DNA from: Escherichia coli
GTDB taxonomy: Bacteria; Pseudomonadota; Gammaproteobacteria; Enterobacterales; Enterobacteriaceae
Length of the DNA stretch: 47,767 nt
Reading direction: 5' to 3' (one strand)
Assembly: GCA_024546615.1 (NCBI GenBank)
Contig: GCA_024546615.1_5040.1
Below, piece after piece: positions 18,570 to 27,944 of this stretch. The position numbers and the translations under genes were made by a program. Under the pieces are notes generated by a model that searched no databases, was not told the origin of the DNA, and saw only the letters and a list, made by a program, of their open reading frames with translations. Within the stretch, counting starts at the first letter, position 1. Every line of letters starts with the position of its first letter.

Positions 18570-18806
18570 ACTCCGAATGTGAAAGTCTGCTTTACCCATC
18601 ATATCTTTACGCCAGCAAACGCCGGTACCCATATACGCCGGGTCGTCACTTTCCGCATAACCAAATTCATTTTCATGATATGTGCAAATCGTGTCGGTCT
18701 GCCCGTCATAAATCTGGAATTGCTCACCTTGTTCAGCGTGGGCGCTGTTGCAGTAAATTGTTACAGCCATGATGACTGCTAACTGAATTTTAAATTTGTG
18801 AATCAT
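18558..18806 (-). CDS. Small secreted protein (moron candidate) with signal peptide
   Basis: MIHKFKIQLAVIMAVTIYCNSAHA then EQ...; Cys-containing mature part; own promoter and terminator; antisense to tail genes. Confidence 0.5.
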   Translation of the reverse strand: MIHKFKIQLAVIMAVTIYCNSAHAEQGEQFQIYDGQTDTICTYHENEFGYAESDDPAYMGTGVCWRKDMMGKADFHIRSKRK

Positions 18807-18836
18807 TTTGTACTCTCCTGTTGTTCTGTTGGGGTA

Positions 18837-18865
18837 ACTATAGCTCATCTTGACGAGTCCGTCAA
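18837..18865 (-). promoter_or_regulatory. Sigma70-like promoter TTGACG-17-TATAGT overlapping palindrome TTGACGAGTCCGTCAA (18850-18865)
   Basis: Spacing read directly; drives secreted moron gene. Confidence 0.55.
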
Positions 18866-18925
18866 TAATTGATTGATGATTTCGCCAAGTGTACACTGTA
18901 ACGACTAACAACCGGAGAAATAACA

Positions 18926-19300
18926 ATGTCACTTGTTAAAACTTTTACCGCAGGCGATATCACAGTGAACGCCGCGATGCCTTCCGCAATTGAGCAGGAC
19001 GAACTGCTATCCCTGGTGAGCGCACAGTTTATCGCACACGCCGCTAACGTTTACAAAAACGGTGGTGAACTCGGTGTTAAAGATGTAACGCTGTTGCTCA
19101 CCGCTGTACCGCACCATATCAAGCAACGTATTGTCGAGGTGCTCCTGAGCAAAGCGATGGTAGCGGGTACCAACACGAAAATTACAGTGAATGATTTCCC
19201 CGGTAAAATGATGACGCTGAATACTCTGCTGGCTGAATTGTTTCTGTGGATTTACGCTGATTTTTTCGATTACGTGCAAAACGCAAACAAAGACGAGTAA
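18926..19300 (+). CDS. Tail assembly chaperone (gpG/gpE-like)
   Basis: 124 aa gene between tube and tape measure; slippery heptamer near 3' end. Confidence 0.55.
   Translation: MSLVKTFTAGDITVNAAMPSAIEQDELLSLVSAQFIAHAANVYKNGGELGVKDVTLLLTAVPHHIKQRIVEVLLSKAMVAGTNTKITVNDFPGKMMTLNTLLAELFLWIYADFFDYVQNANKDE
19261..19267 (+). promoter_or_regulatory. Putative -1 programmed ribosomal frameshift slippery site T_TTT_TTC
   Basis: Heptamer in X_XXY_YYZ register of chaperone frame; -1 frame is open from 19261 to 19521. Confidence 0.45.
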
Positions 19301-19521
19301 GGGGCACCGGTCGACCCAGCCCGGTCAACTGGTACTTCATGCGGGTTTGCACGGGTATCGAAGGAGTGTGTCCACCTCTTTGTACATGGGCGCAGTTAAA
19401 AGATGGTACAATATCGCTTGCTGAAGTCGAACAATTTCACTTTGCGATGGATGAATTGCAGGGTAAGTATATTGAGGCGATAAACAATGCAAGAAATTCC
19501 CCTAAACAACGGCGCGGCTAA
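19261..19521 (+). CDS. Frameshift extension of tail assembly chaperone (gpGT/E+E'-like product)
   Basis: -1 frame open for 86 codons from the slippery site; contains track ORF 19339-19521. Confidence 0.4.
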   Translation, partial: FFRLRAKRKQRRVRGTGRPSPVNWYFMRVCTGIEGVCPPLCTWAQLKDGTISLAEVEQFHFAMDELQGKYIEAINNARNSPKQRRG

Positions 19522-19783
19522 CGCCCATCAGACCTTCACGGTCAAGCTGGGCGACAACGTTCTCGACTTTGCGCTGGATTACATCAGCTATACCGACAAG
19601 CCCGCGTGGACAATGACTGTTTCACAGGATGGTATCAACTACATCACCGGTGCAATGCTTGTTCCAAACGCTGAGGTCAGCAAAGCATACCGCGCCGGAC
19701 TGGGTCGCTTCTTCTTTGTGGGCGATGAGGTAACCATCGACAACCTCGGCGTTGATAACCATCTTCTGTGGGTGCCTGAATAA
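19487..19783 (+). CDS. Hypothetical protein (98 aa)
   Basis: ORF between chaperone extension and tape measure; stop overlaps tape measure start. Confidence 0.4.
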   Translation: MQEIPLNNGAANAHQTFTVKLGDNVLDFALDYISYTDKPAWTMTVSQDGINYITGAMLVPNAEVSKAYRAGLGRFFFVGDEVTIDNLGVDNHLLWVPE

Positions 19784-21120
19784 TGGCTAATGTGATTACG
19801 CAGTTTCTGGTCGGTCTCGGCATCTCTTACGATGGTAAAGGTGCTGAACAGGCTGAAAAAGATATCGACAACCTCGGCAAATCGGCGGAGCAAGCCGGTA
19901 GTCGGATGGACGATGTTGGCAAGTCCCTCGACCAGGGTGTTAAAACTGGTGTAGAAAATTCAAAATCGCGCATCATGAGTCTGGTTGCCACATTTAAAGG
20001 TGCCGGACTTGCTATGTCCGGTGTTGCCGCAGGTGTCGGCGCAGCGTGGGCGTTTGAGTCGAAGAAAGCACAACAGGCTTACGACCTGAACAACCAGCTT
20101 GCAACCAGTCAGTTCGGACCGACTGAGGTTTACGGACTTGGCGCACTGGCTGAACAGCGTGGCGGCGACCGGCAAGCAACGACAAACAGTCTTTTAAATA
20201 TCGAGCGTGGAATTAACCGCATTCAGACCGGTGACGCCGGGATGATTCAGCAACTGGCGGTTGCAGGAATTCGTGTTGATAACCCCACAGGGCGTACACG
20301 CGAGGGTATTTACAGTGACATCGCCGGGCAGTTCCAGCGCCTCGATACGACACGTCAGAGCAACGTAGCGGATATTTTAGGTCTCGACCCGGCTACCGTC
20401 AGAGTATGGCAGGAGTTCGGCGCTACAACGCTGGAAGTGTCAAAAGCCCGCGCCGCTGAACTGGGTTACACCGAGAAGCATAATGCGGCACTGGATGCAA
20501 TCAATCAGACCATAATTGACACTCAACAGAAAATGGAAGGACTGGGTAACACTATTGCAGATGTTCTCGCACCCAGCATCAAAACCTTGTCCGACAGTTT
20601 CCTGTCTGCTGCCACTGGTTTTACAAACTGGCTGAAAGCACACCCCGATTTACCGACAGATATCATAAGTGGCAACTGGTACGATAAGTATATTGTTGGT
20701 AGTGCCAATGATACGGCAGAGTGGATCAAGGAGAAAACAGGCTTCGACACTCGGAACATTGGGAGGTCTTTTAGCGCTGAGAATAATCCACCAAAACCAG
20801 ATTACGACTATACCCGGAAGCCGGAAGATAAACCGTATCAATCATTCGTGTGGCAGCAACCAGCGAAAGATAAAAGTATAACCAACGACGGTTCGTATGG
20901 CGCTGAAGCGAGTCCGATGACCGATAACTACGCTCAGCAAAGTCGGCAGATGAGTCAGATTATGGAATCCATAAACCGTCCGATTCAGCTTAACGGCAAT
21001 TTCACCACACAGGGTGACGTGATACTGGACGGTAACGCAATTGGCCGCTACACCGTGAATCATCTCGAGACACAGGTGTATCCACAGGCGATTGACCAGA
21101 CCCGGCAAAGGAGTTATTGA
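19783..21120 (+). CDS. Tail tape measure protein (short, 445 aa)
   Basis: Position after chaperone pair; helical Ala/Gln-rich sequence with hydrophobic segment. Confidence 0.5.
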   Translation: MANVITQFLVGLGISYDGKGAEQAEKDIDNLGKSAEQAGSRMDDVGKSLDQGVKTGVENSKSRIMSLVATFKGAGLAMSGVAAGVGAAWAFESKKAQQAYDLNNQLATSQFGPTEVYGLGALAEQRGGDRQATTNSLLNIERGINRIQTGDAGMIQQLAVAGIRVDNPTGRTREGIYSDIAGQFQRLDTTRQSNVADILGLDPATVRVWQEFGATTLEVSKARAAELGYTEKHNAALDAINQTIIDTQQKMEGLGNTIADVLAPSIKTLSDSFLSAATGFTNWLKAHPDLPTDIISGNWYDKYIVGSANDTAEWIKEKTGFDTRNIGRSFSAENNPPKPDYDYTRKPEDKPYQSFVWQQPAKDKSITNDGSYGAEASPMTDNYAQQSRQMSQIMESINRPIQLNGNFTTQGDVILDGNAIGRYTVNHLETQVYPQAIDQTRQRSY

Positions 21121-21122
21121 CA

Positions 21123-22547
21123 ATGGATTTGCGCCAGTATGAAATACTCATTGATACAAAGAATTTCATTACACAGTCGTACCCGATGCTTCGGTGCTCG
21201 TTCGATGTGACAACGTATACCGGTGACAGCCTGAGTACCTGTGAGTTTCGCTTGTGGAACCTTGCGCCCACAACGAAGATTGAACCGAATCAGACCGTTG
21301 TTTTTCGCGCCGGGTATCAGTCGCGCATCGGTCAGATTTTTACCGGGTTTGTCACCAACGTTTTCACCATTCGTGACGGTACTGACATCATCACCCGTGT
21401 GACGTGTCGCAGCGGCAGTAACGTGCTCGACGGTGGGACAACGAGTGCGAGTTTCGGTAAGAGCGTGACATTATTTGACGTCTTGACCAGTCTCGCACAG
21501 GACTGGTCGAAACCGTTATATCTTGTCAATAGTGTGGACAAATTTACCTCCATTGTCATGGCTGGGGGCTATAACGTCAGCTCCGATATCAGTAAGGAAC
21601 TTGACATTCTGGCCAAAGCATACGGCTTCGAATGGCATCTGTACGCCGGACAGGTGTTCGTCGGATTTCCATCTGATGAACGTAAAGCCACGCCCATCAA
21701 AATCAGTTCCGCCACCGGGATGATTGACGCACCCACGCTTCACGGCGGCATTGATGGCGTATTCTGTGACGTTAAAATGCGTCTTGACCCCCGTATGACA
21801 CCCGCATCAGTGCTTAATATTGAATCTAAATGGCCTAAATTCGATTTCGGCGCGGTAGAATTCCAGTCAACCGTTGACGCTAAACTGGAAGGTGACTGGA
21901 ACGTTCAGACCATTCAACATACCGGCGACACACACGGTCCCGACTGGTACACGTTTGTCAAAGCTGTGCGCGCCGGGTCAATGGATACCACCACGACAAA
22001 TACTGATGTTGGTAATCGCCTCATTTACGGTCGTGTTGGCGTGCAGGGTGAGGACGCCAGTCAGCAGCAGGATTTCCGTACCGAGGTGCGTAAACTTGGG
22101 CAAAGTCTGGGTATCAGTCCAAACTGGATCATGGCTGTAATCTCTGCGGAGTCTAACTTCAATCCGCAATCAAAGAACAGTAAATCTGGCGCAGTGGGTC
22201 TGATTCAGTTTACTAATGCTGGTTGGACGAGTGCGTTTCAGAGTAAGTATGGTCGTAATAAAAATATCATACTGTCAATGACTGCAGCCGAACAGGTCAG
22301 AGGTCCTATTACTGATTATCTCAATCAGTACAAAGGGCGTTACAAAACGATGGGCGATGTGTACATGGCTGTATTTAGTCCGGCATTCATCGGTAAACCT
22401 TCCACTACCGTGATGTACACGTCACCGTCCAGAGCGTACAATCAGAACGCAGGGCTTGACACGGACCATAAAGGTTACATTACCGTCGGTGACGTGTGGC
22501 GGCGTGTTGAGGAACGATTCAGACAAGGTAAGGCGTACATGTTATGA
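21123..22547 (+). CDS. Tail protein with C-terminal lytic transglycosylase (SLT) domain
   Basis: C-terminal AVISAESNFNPQS...GAVGLIQF motif; RBS AAAGGAG; track ORF starts at TTG 21117. Confidence 0.6.
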   Translation: MDLRQYEILIDTKNFITQSYPMLRCSFDVTTYTGDSLSTCEFRLWNLAPTTKIEPNQTVVFRAGYQSRIGQIFTGFVTNVFTIRDGTDIITRVTCRSGSNVLDGGTTSASFGKSVTLFDVLTSLAQDWSKPLYLVNSVDKFTSIVMAGGYNVSSDISKELDILAKAYGFEWHLYAGQVFVGFPSDERKATPIKISSATGMIDAPTLHGGIDGVFCDVKMRLDPRMTPASVLNIESKWPKFDFGAVEFQSTVDAKLEGDWNVQTIQHTGDTHGPDWYTFVKAVRAGSMDTTTTNTDVGNRLIYGRVGVQGEDASQQQDFRTEVRKLGQSLGISPNWIMAVISAESNFNPQSKNSKSGAVGLIQFTNAGWTSAFQSKYGRNKNIILSMTAAEQVRGPITDYLNQYKGRYKTMGDVYMAVFSPAFIGKPSTTVMYTSPSRAYNQNAGLDTDHKGYITVGDVWRRVEERFRQGKAYML

Positions 22548-23194
22548 GTTTAATTAACCTTCTGGTAAAGCGCGGCCCACAGCTTGGGTCGCTTCAGTTC
22601 GATGCCGTCCTGTCTGATGACCTTGATGCCAGCGTGGATATCGTGCAGTACCCCATTGAGACAGGTACGCCAATTGCAGACCACATTATCTATCAGCCTA
22701 TTCGTTACACGATGACAGGTGCGGTATCGAACAACCCGTTGAAAGTTAGTATCACCGATTTCACCGGGGTATTGACAAATCTCGTCGATGATAATCCGTT
22801 CATTGCAGCGGGTGCCGGTCTGTTCGCGGGGTGGTTAAGCGGCTCGAATGAAACTCGCTCCAGTACGACACTGAACACTTTGCTTGATTTCATGTACTCC
22901 GGGCAGGTATTCACAGTGGATACGGGTGAAATCACGCTGAATAATATGGTCATTCAGCGTATCGGGCGCTCTAAAGACCCGGAGAATGAGAACGGACTGA
23001 TATTTGTTGCTGAACTACAGCAGATTGTCACGCTTGACCGCGTGGCGAACGGTTCACAACCGGCACAATATCAGCTGAACAGTAACGACGTTTCCAGCAC
23101 ATCCATATCAGGACTGATTGAGCGTGGTTACATCAATGTGAAAACAGCTGCAACGAATGTTGCTGACCAGGTTACGACACTTTTGGATTTGTAA
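22544..23194 (+). CDS. Putative baseplate/tail assembly protein (216 aa)
   Basis: Stop/start overlap with upstream gene; position in baseplate module. Confidence 0.45.
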   Translation: MSLINLLVKRGPQLGSLQFDAVLSDDLDASVDIVQYPIETGTPIADHIIYQPIRYTMTGAVSNNPLKVSITDFTGVLTNLVDDNPFIAAGAGLFAGWLSGSNETRSSTTLNTLLDFMYSGQVFTVDTGEITLNNMVIQRIGRSKDPENENGLIFVAELQQIVTLDRVANGSQPAQYQLNSNDVSSTSISGLIERGYINVKTAATNVADQVTTLLDL

Positions 23195-23220
23195 AAAAAA
23201 ATCCCGCCACGGAGGGCGGG
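23193..23220 (-). terminator. Minus-strand intrinsic terminator (A9 tract then CCCGCC-ACGGAG-GGCGGG)
   Basis: On minus strand reads hairpin followed by U9; on plus strand the hairpin lacks a U tract. Confidence 0.5.
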
Positions 23221-23229
23221 TGAACGCTA

Positions 23230-23745
23230 CAGAGAGATGATACAGCAGGCTGGGTAGTTCAGGTAAAGGCTGTCCCTTAACTCAACTATCTCGCTATCAT
23301 TGTCATGTTTCGCAACGTTACGTTGATAACTTCGGCTTAACCCTGCCGCTGGGAGATACAGGAATCACCTCCTGTCGGGATGTTTAAGGTTGTGGTGGTT
23401 GGAATCGAACCAACTCCCATCGGTGCGCTGCCGATTGCAATACGCGCGGTATTCCGCTACATGACTAGTATTTTCACAGATACCTATTTGCTAGCTCGCC
23501 ATTGAGCTTCACCACAACGGAAAGAGCACTGAGACACGCGTCCGTGTCGCCTGCGCAATGGGTTCGAGTTCCGCTGATATGCGCCAATGCTCTTACCTGT
23601 TATGTGGTCGAACCGCCACGGTGACCAACCGCATTCGTGCATGCCTGGCTACACATTTCGGCTACCCGCTGATGCGAAGGAATAGGACACCCCGGACCGC
23701 TAAAGACACATGTGCTATATGCCTGTGAATAAATAATTACATTGT
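23230..23745 (-). ncRNA. Candidate minus-strand non-coding transcript with tRNA-like T-arm/acceptor module
   Basis: No credible ORF; inverted repeats GTTGTGGTG (23390-23398) and CACCACAAC (23509-23517); T-loop-like GTTGG-TTCGATT-CCAAC on minus strand; upstream TTGACA-type promoter, downstream terminator. Confidence 0.25.
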
Positions 23746-23796
23746 TTGACGTGAGTGTCAATAGTATACTTGACATTATTTTCACAGGAGGGCGAC

Positions 23797-24471
23797 ATGA
23801 CCGACATTAACCAGCGCCGCTCGTTTTTACAGAACGTCACCAATGACACGTTTTTCGAGAACATGAAGGACGTGTACACATGTATCCCGGGTTACGTGCT
23901 GACGTTCGACCCAGACACACAGCGCGCACAAATTCAACTGGGAATTACCCGGACTGATGATGTCGCTAAAACTACGTTCGACCCACCGCCCATCGTGGAT
24001 GTTCCTGTAAGTTTTCCGGGTGACGACTTCGTACTGGAATTTGCCGTCAATCCGGGTTGTGAAGGTATGGTACATTTCAGTCAACGTTGCATTGATGGAT
24101 GGAAGCAGACTGGCGGTATTGCTGCTAATCCCGTTAAACGCTTTCACCACAAACAGGACGCAATGTTCGTACCGGGTATCCGTTCACTTGACAACCTGAT
24201 TGCAAGTTTTTCCAACGATGGGATACGCCTGCGTAATGCCGACGCGTCACAGCACGTCTGGTTAAAGGGTGATGGTTCATGCATAATGGCTAATAGGAAC
24301 GGCAACGTTCAACTTCTTGCAAACGGCACGGTGAGTATCAACGGCGTGACCATTGATAAAGACGGGAATATCACCGCTCTGAATTCTCTGGTGCTAGATG
24401 GCAAAGAACTCAACGGTCACACTCATGGCGGCGTTGCTTCCGGTGGTGCTAATACGGGGCCGAATAACTGA
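23797..24471 (+). CDS. Baseplate spike / gpV-like protein
   Basis: Position before gpW-like and gpJ-like genes; RBS AGGAGGG; track ORF trimmed to MTDINQ start. Confidence 0.5.
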   Translation: MTDINQRRSFLQNVTNDTFFENMKDVYTCIPGYVLTFDPDTQRAQIQLGITRTDDVAKTTFDPPPIVDVPVSFPGDDFVLEFAVNPGCEGMVHFSQRCIDGWKQTGGIAANPVKRFHHKQDAMFVPGIRSLDNLIASFSNDGIRLRNADASQHVWLKGDGSCIMANRNGNVQLLANGTVSINGVTIDKDGNITALNSLVLDGKELNGHTHGGVASGGANTGPNN

Positions 24472-24818
24472 TGACAGTACGCAAATTAGATGAAGACGGT
24501 GACATCGTTACCCAGGGTTCGATGTTCATCACTGAACAACTGGAAATAGAACAGACGATACGTACTCGTCTGCGCCTGTTTCTGGGTGAGTATTTCCGGG
24601 ATGTGACTGACGGCACACCGTGGTTTCAGGAGATACTCAACAAACAAACTTCTATGGATGTCCGCGAAGCGCGTCTTCGTGAACGCATCGCTGGTACTCC
24701 TGGTGTCCAGCAGTTAACCAGTTTTAGTACGAACTTTGACATCGACAACAAAACTTATACGGTCACCGCCAGCGTGTTGACCTCCTACGGATTATTAACG
24801 GTGACCGAGAATGGCTGA
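24471..24818 (+). CDS. Baseplate protein gpW / gp25-like
   Basis: 115 aa, size and position of P2 gpW; precedes J-like gene. Confidence 0.55.
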   Translation: MTVRKLDEDGDIVTQGSMFITEQLEIEQTIRTRLRLFLGEYFRDVTDGTPWFQEILNKQTSMDVREARLRERIAGTPGVQQLTSFSTNFDIDNKTYTVTASVLTSYGLLTVTENG

Positions 24819-26019
24819 ATTAACCAGTACCGGCTATAGTGTAAAATCACAGAATGACTGGTTCGACGAAGAAAAACAGTTATATCTGGATATTGACAGT
24901 AACTGGAATCTTGACCCGTCCACTCCTGATGGGTTGAAGATAGCACATGATGCTGAAATCTTCTCCGCGCTCGATGAGGTGTTGCAACAGGCGTACAACT
25001 CCAAAGACCCGAACAAAGCCAGCGGCTATGACCTCGATGTGATTTGCGCGCTGACGGGTACTGTACGGAGTGAAGGTACCGCATCTACTGTTACAGGGTT
25101 CGTGCTAACGGGTACCCCTGGTACTCAGGTTCCTGCAGGCACACGCTTTGAATCGTCTGTGACGGGTTATCGATTCACACTCGACCAGACGTGGACGCTG
25201 GATAGTTCAGGCACAGCAACGGTCAATATCACCTGTACCACGGTTGGCGAAATCGAAGCGGACGCTAATACCATCACAACCATTGTGGACACGGTTGCTG
25301 GATTGGTGTCAGTTAACAACCCTACTCCCGCAACACCCGGTACAGCTGCTGAATCGGATGGGTCGTTACGCCTTAAACGAGCAACGGCTGTAGGTCTGCC
25401 GGGTAGTAACCAGGTTGATTCAATGCTGGGTCAACTGTTCAATGTGGATGGTGTACGTCGAGTGCGTGTCTATGAGAATGACGAGTCCACAACCGACAGC
25501 AACGGTCAACCCGGCCACAGTATTGCACCCATCGTCGATGGTGGTACGGATGATGACGTAGCAATGGCTATCTACCTTAAAAAGAATCCGGGTGTCACAC
25601 TTTATCAGGCTGGAACACCAGTAACGGTAACTGTCACATCGCCTACTTACCCGACAATGTCCAAAGATATTAAATTCAGTCGTCCCGTATATGTGGACAT
25701 GGTGGTAGCTATTGAAATCAAAGATGACGGTACGCTACCGTCCCAGGCAACCCTTGAACCACTCATTCAAGATGCCATCATGGAATACGCTGCAGGTGGT
25801 CTGATTCCGACGGAGTACGGTTTTAAGCCGGACGGGTTCGATATCGGTGAAACAGTCCCGTACAGTTCACTTTACACGCCCATTAACAAAGTTATTGGTT
25901 CATATGGTAACAGTTACGTTAACAGCATGACGTTGAATGGCGGCACAGCGAATGTTACCATTGAGTTTAACGAATTATCCCGCTGGACAACATCAAACAT
26001 CACGGTGACCATCGTATGA
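24811..26019 (+). CDS. Baseplate J-like protein
   Basis: 402 aa; position and general resemblance to Baseplate_J proteins. Confidence 0.55.
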   Translation: MAELTSTGYSVKSQNDWFDEEKQLYLDIDSNWNLDPSTPDGLKIAHDAEIFSALDEVLQQAYNSKDPNKASGYDLDVICALTGTVRSEGTASTVTGFVLTGTPGTQVPAGTRFESSVTGYRFTLDQTWTLDSSGTATVNITCTTVGEIEADANTITTIVDTVAGLVSVNNPTPATPGTAAESDGSLRLKRATAVGLPGSNQVDSMLGQLFNVDGVRRVRVYENDESTTDSNGQPGHSIAPIVDGGTDDDVAMAIYLKKNPGVTLYQAGTPVTVTVTSPTYPTMSKDIKFSRPVYVDMVVAIEIKDDGTLPSQATLEPLIQDAIMEYAAGGLIPTEYGFKPDGFDIGETVPYSSLYTPINKVIGSYGNSYVNSMTLNGGTANVTIEFNELSRWTTSNITVTIV

Positions 26020-27650
26020 CCATTATCAAACGCGCAGACCTGGGTCGGCCTTTAACGTGGGACGAACTGGATGATAACTTTCAGCAGGTTGATGATTTGA
26101 CAGCCGCCGCATCGGCGGCTGTATCAAGTGCTGCTGCTTCAGCTACAGCCGCTGCCGGTAGCGCTGCGAATTCACTTAATAGTGCGAATAGTGCTGCTGC
26201 TTCTGCAGCTAACGCATCTGCAGCACTTGTGAGCGCTGTTAAGCGTACCATCACTTTCACGACCGGTGGTACTTTAAATAGTAATCTTGACCGTATCAGT
26301 GACGGTACTTATCTGTATTACTGGACTGGGTCTTACCCCGTAACTGTACCTGCTAATTCCACTGTGGATGGTACCGGTGGAATCGCCGTAGGATACTGGG
26401 CGGTTGATAACGACCTTTTACTTCGAGAATCGTTAAGTTCAGACGAAGGAACTACCAATGTCGCAAAGCTGGGTAATAAACCTCTTGTCGCGATCAGTTA
26501 TTACAAAAATCAGGGGCTGTCCGACCAGGATGCTGTACAGGCTGCTTTCGATGAATCCAGCAACATCACTTTTGATGTCAATGTAACTCTAACCAGCGCG
26601 ATAGCGTTTGATCGTTCGGAGCCGTGCACTGTTATTTTTTCCCCAGGAATTACAGTCACGAACACCAATTTCCTGCCTAGAATGATAACTCATCCGAACC
26701 ATAAAATATCAGGCACTACGTTCAGAACAAAACAATATAGCGCTGTGAATTCTGATGGGACATCGGTAACGCACCAGGCTATGGCTGTTGAAATGGCTGT
26801 CCATGACACGCTGTCCAGCGGGCCGAGCTATGAACCATTTGTTGCTCTCATGGCGGGCATTGAGTCTTTTAACTGTGAGCGGCAGAAATTGTGGGCAATG
26901 AACCTGTTAACTAACGCCCATAATCTGCAACCCGGAGACGAGGTTTACGGGGTTGAGATTGATTGCAATATTGATGGTGACGTGGGTAACGGTACTTATG
27001 TTGGCTGTTACATCGCTGGGATTGGAGATCTATCCACATCATCTGGGGCTGATGGTATTCGCGTTCAGCGTCTACGTAACGGAGTCGATAAGTGGAATTG
27101 TGGTATCAGAATTTTTGATTCGGTAACGGGGCTTAGCATTACGGATGCCGCAACCTACTCTATTTTTGCTTCAGGTGATGCCCCTATAGTACGCAGAAAA
27201 ACGACGCAGAATGGTAGCTGGTCATATATACATCAGATTTCGGCATCTGTAACGCCGTGGGGTGTGGATGATTATGGCGATACATATTCCCGTCGTTTGT
27301 ATCTGGGTACTGGAGATGGGAAGTCTAAAAACAGGGTCAACCTGGACGGTGGGGTAAAATTCTACACCACTAACGCCGCCGTTTCTTGGGGCGCTATCCC
27401 TGTAAATGGTTACGTGGACAAAGATGTAACGACACTGTTTGGCATTTCCATCGCTGACTGGACGAACTACACACTGGATGTAACGCCGTTTGGATACTCG
27501 GGAGCCATGCCAGTTGTAGCGGTACAGGTTTATATTAGCAGCGATAAAACGCAGGCTCACGTGCGCATAATTAACATTAGCGGCTCGGCTTTGTCCGCGT
27601 GCAATGTTGGATTGAATGCAAAGTTGTGCGGACACTCATCGACAAACTAA
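26016..27650 (+). CDS. Tail fibre / tailspike-like protein
   Basis: N-terminal Ala/Ser-rich tract AAASAAVSSAAASATAAAGSAANSLNSANSAAASAANASAAL typical of tail-fibre N-termini; follows J-like gene. Confidence 0.5.
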   Translation: MTIIKRADLGRPLTWDELDDNFQQVDDLTAAASAAVSSAAASATAAAGSAANSLNSANSAAASAANASAALVSAVKRTITFTTGGTLNSNLDRISDGTYLYYWTGSYPVTVPANSTVDGTGGIAVGYWAVDNDLLLRESLSSDEGTTNVAKLGNKPLVAISYYKNQGLSDQDAVQAAFDESSNITFDVNVTLTSAIAFDRSEPCTVIFSPGITVTNTNFLPRMITHPNHKISGTTFRTKQYSAVNSDGTSVTHQAMAVEMAVHDTLSSGPSYEPFVALMAGIESFNCERQKLWAMNLLTNAHNLQPGDEVYGVEIDCNIDGDVGNGTYVGCYIAGIGDLSTSSGADGIRVQRLRNGVDKWNCGIRIFDSVTGLSITDAATYSIFASGDAPIVRRKTTQNGSWSYIHQISASVTPWGVDDYGDTYSRRLYLGTGDGKSKNRVNLDGGVKFYTTNAAVSWGAIPVNGYVDKDVTTLFGISIADWTNYTLDVTPFGYSGAMPVVAVQVYISSDKTQAHVRIINISGSALSACNVGLNAKLCGHSSTN

Positions 27651-27668
27651 CACAACAGGAAAATAATT

Positions 27669-27899
27669 ATGGCGGGTGAAATGAATCAACTGACAGAAAA
27701 AGAACAGATTGTGTTGTCCTTAATGAATTTACTGGGGATGGATACGAATCTGACAGCGCAGGCGATGGAGTTTATTGGTAACAGCGTTCTCAACTATCAA
27801 CTTGTCATCAGATATTTTAGTGCCAGTGATTTAACTGATGATGCGTCTAAATTGACTGAGGCAATAGATAAAGCTACTGCCGCAAAAGTGCTATTCTAA
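27669..27899 (+). CDS. Hypothetical protein (76 aa)
   Basis: RBS AGGAAA; between fibre genes. Confidence 0.35.
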   Translation: MAGEMNQLTEKEQIVLSLMNLLGMDTNLTAQAMEFIGNSVLNYQLVIRYFSASDLTDDASKLTEAIDKATAAKVLF

Positions 27900-27944
27900 A
27901 ATTCACTCGAGGTATGGTTATATGAATTATCAACGGTACTCAGT

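Noticed and set aside
23389-23520. Possible tRNA gene on the minus strand (T-loop-like GGTTCGATTCC and acceptor-like pairing)
   Set aside because: A canonical cloverleaf cannot be built: about 75 nt lie between the D-arm-like hairpin and the T-arm, position 8 is not U, and no CCA is encoded. Kept only as a tRNA-like structured element, not called as tRNA.
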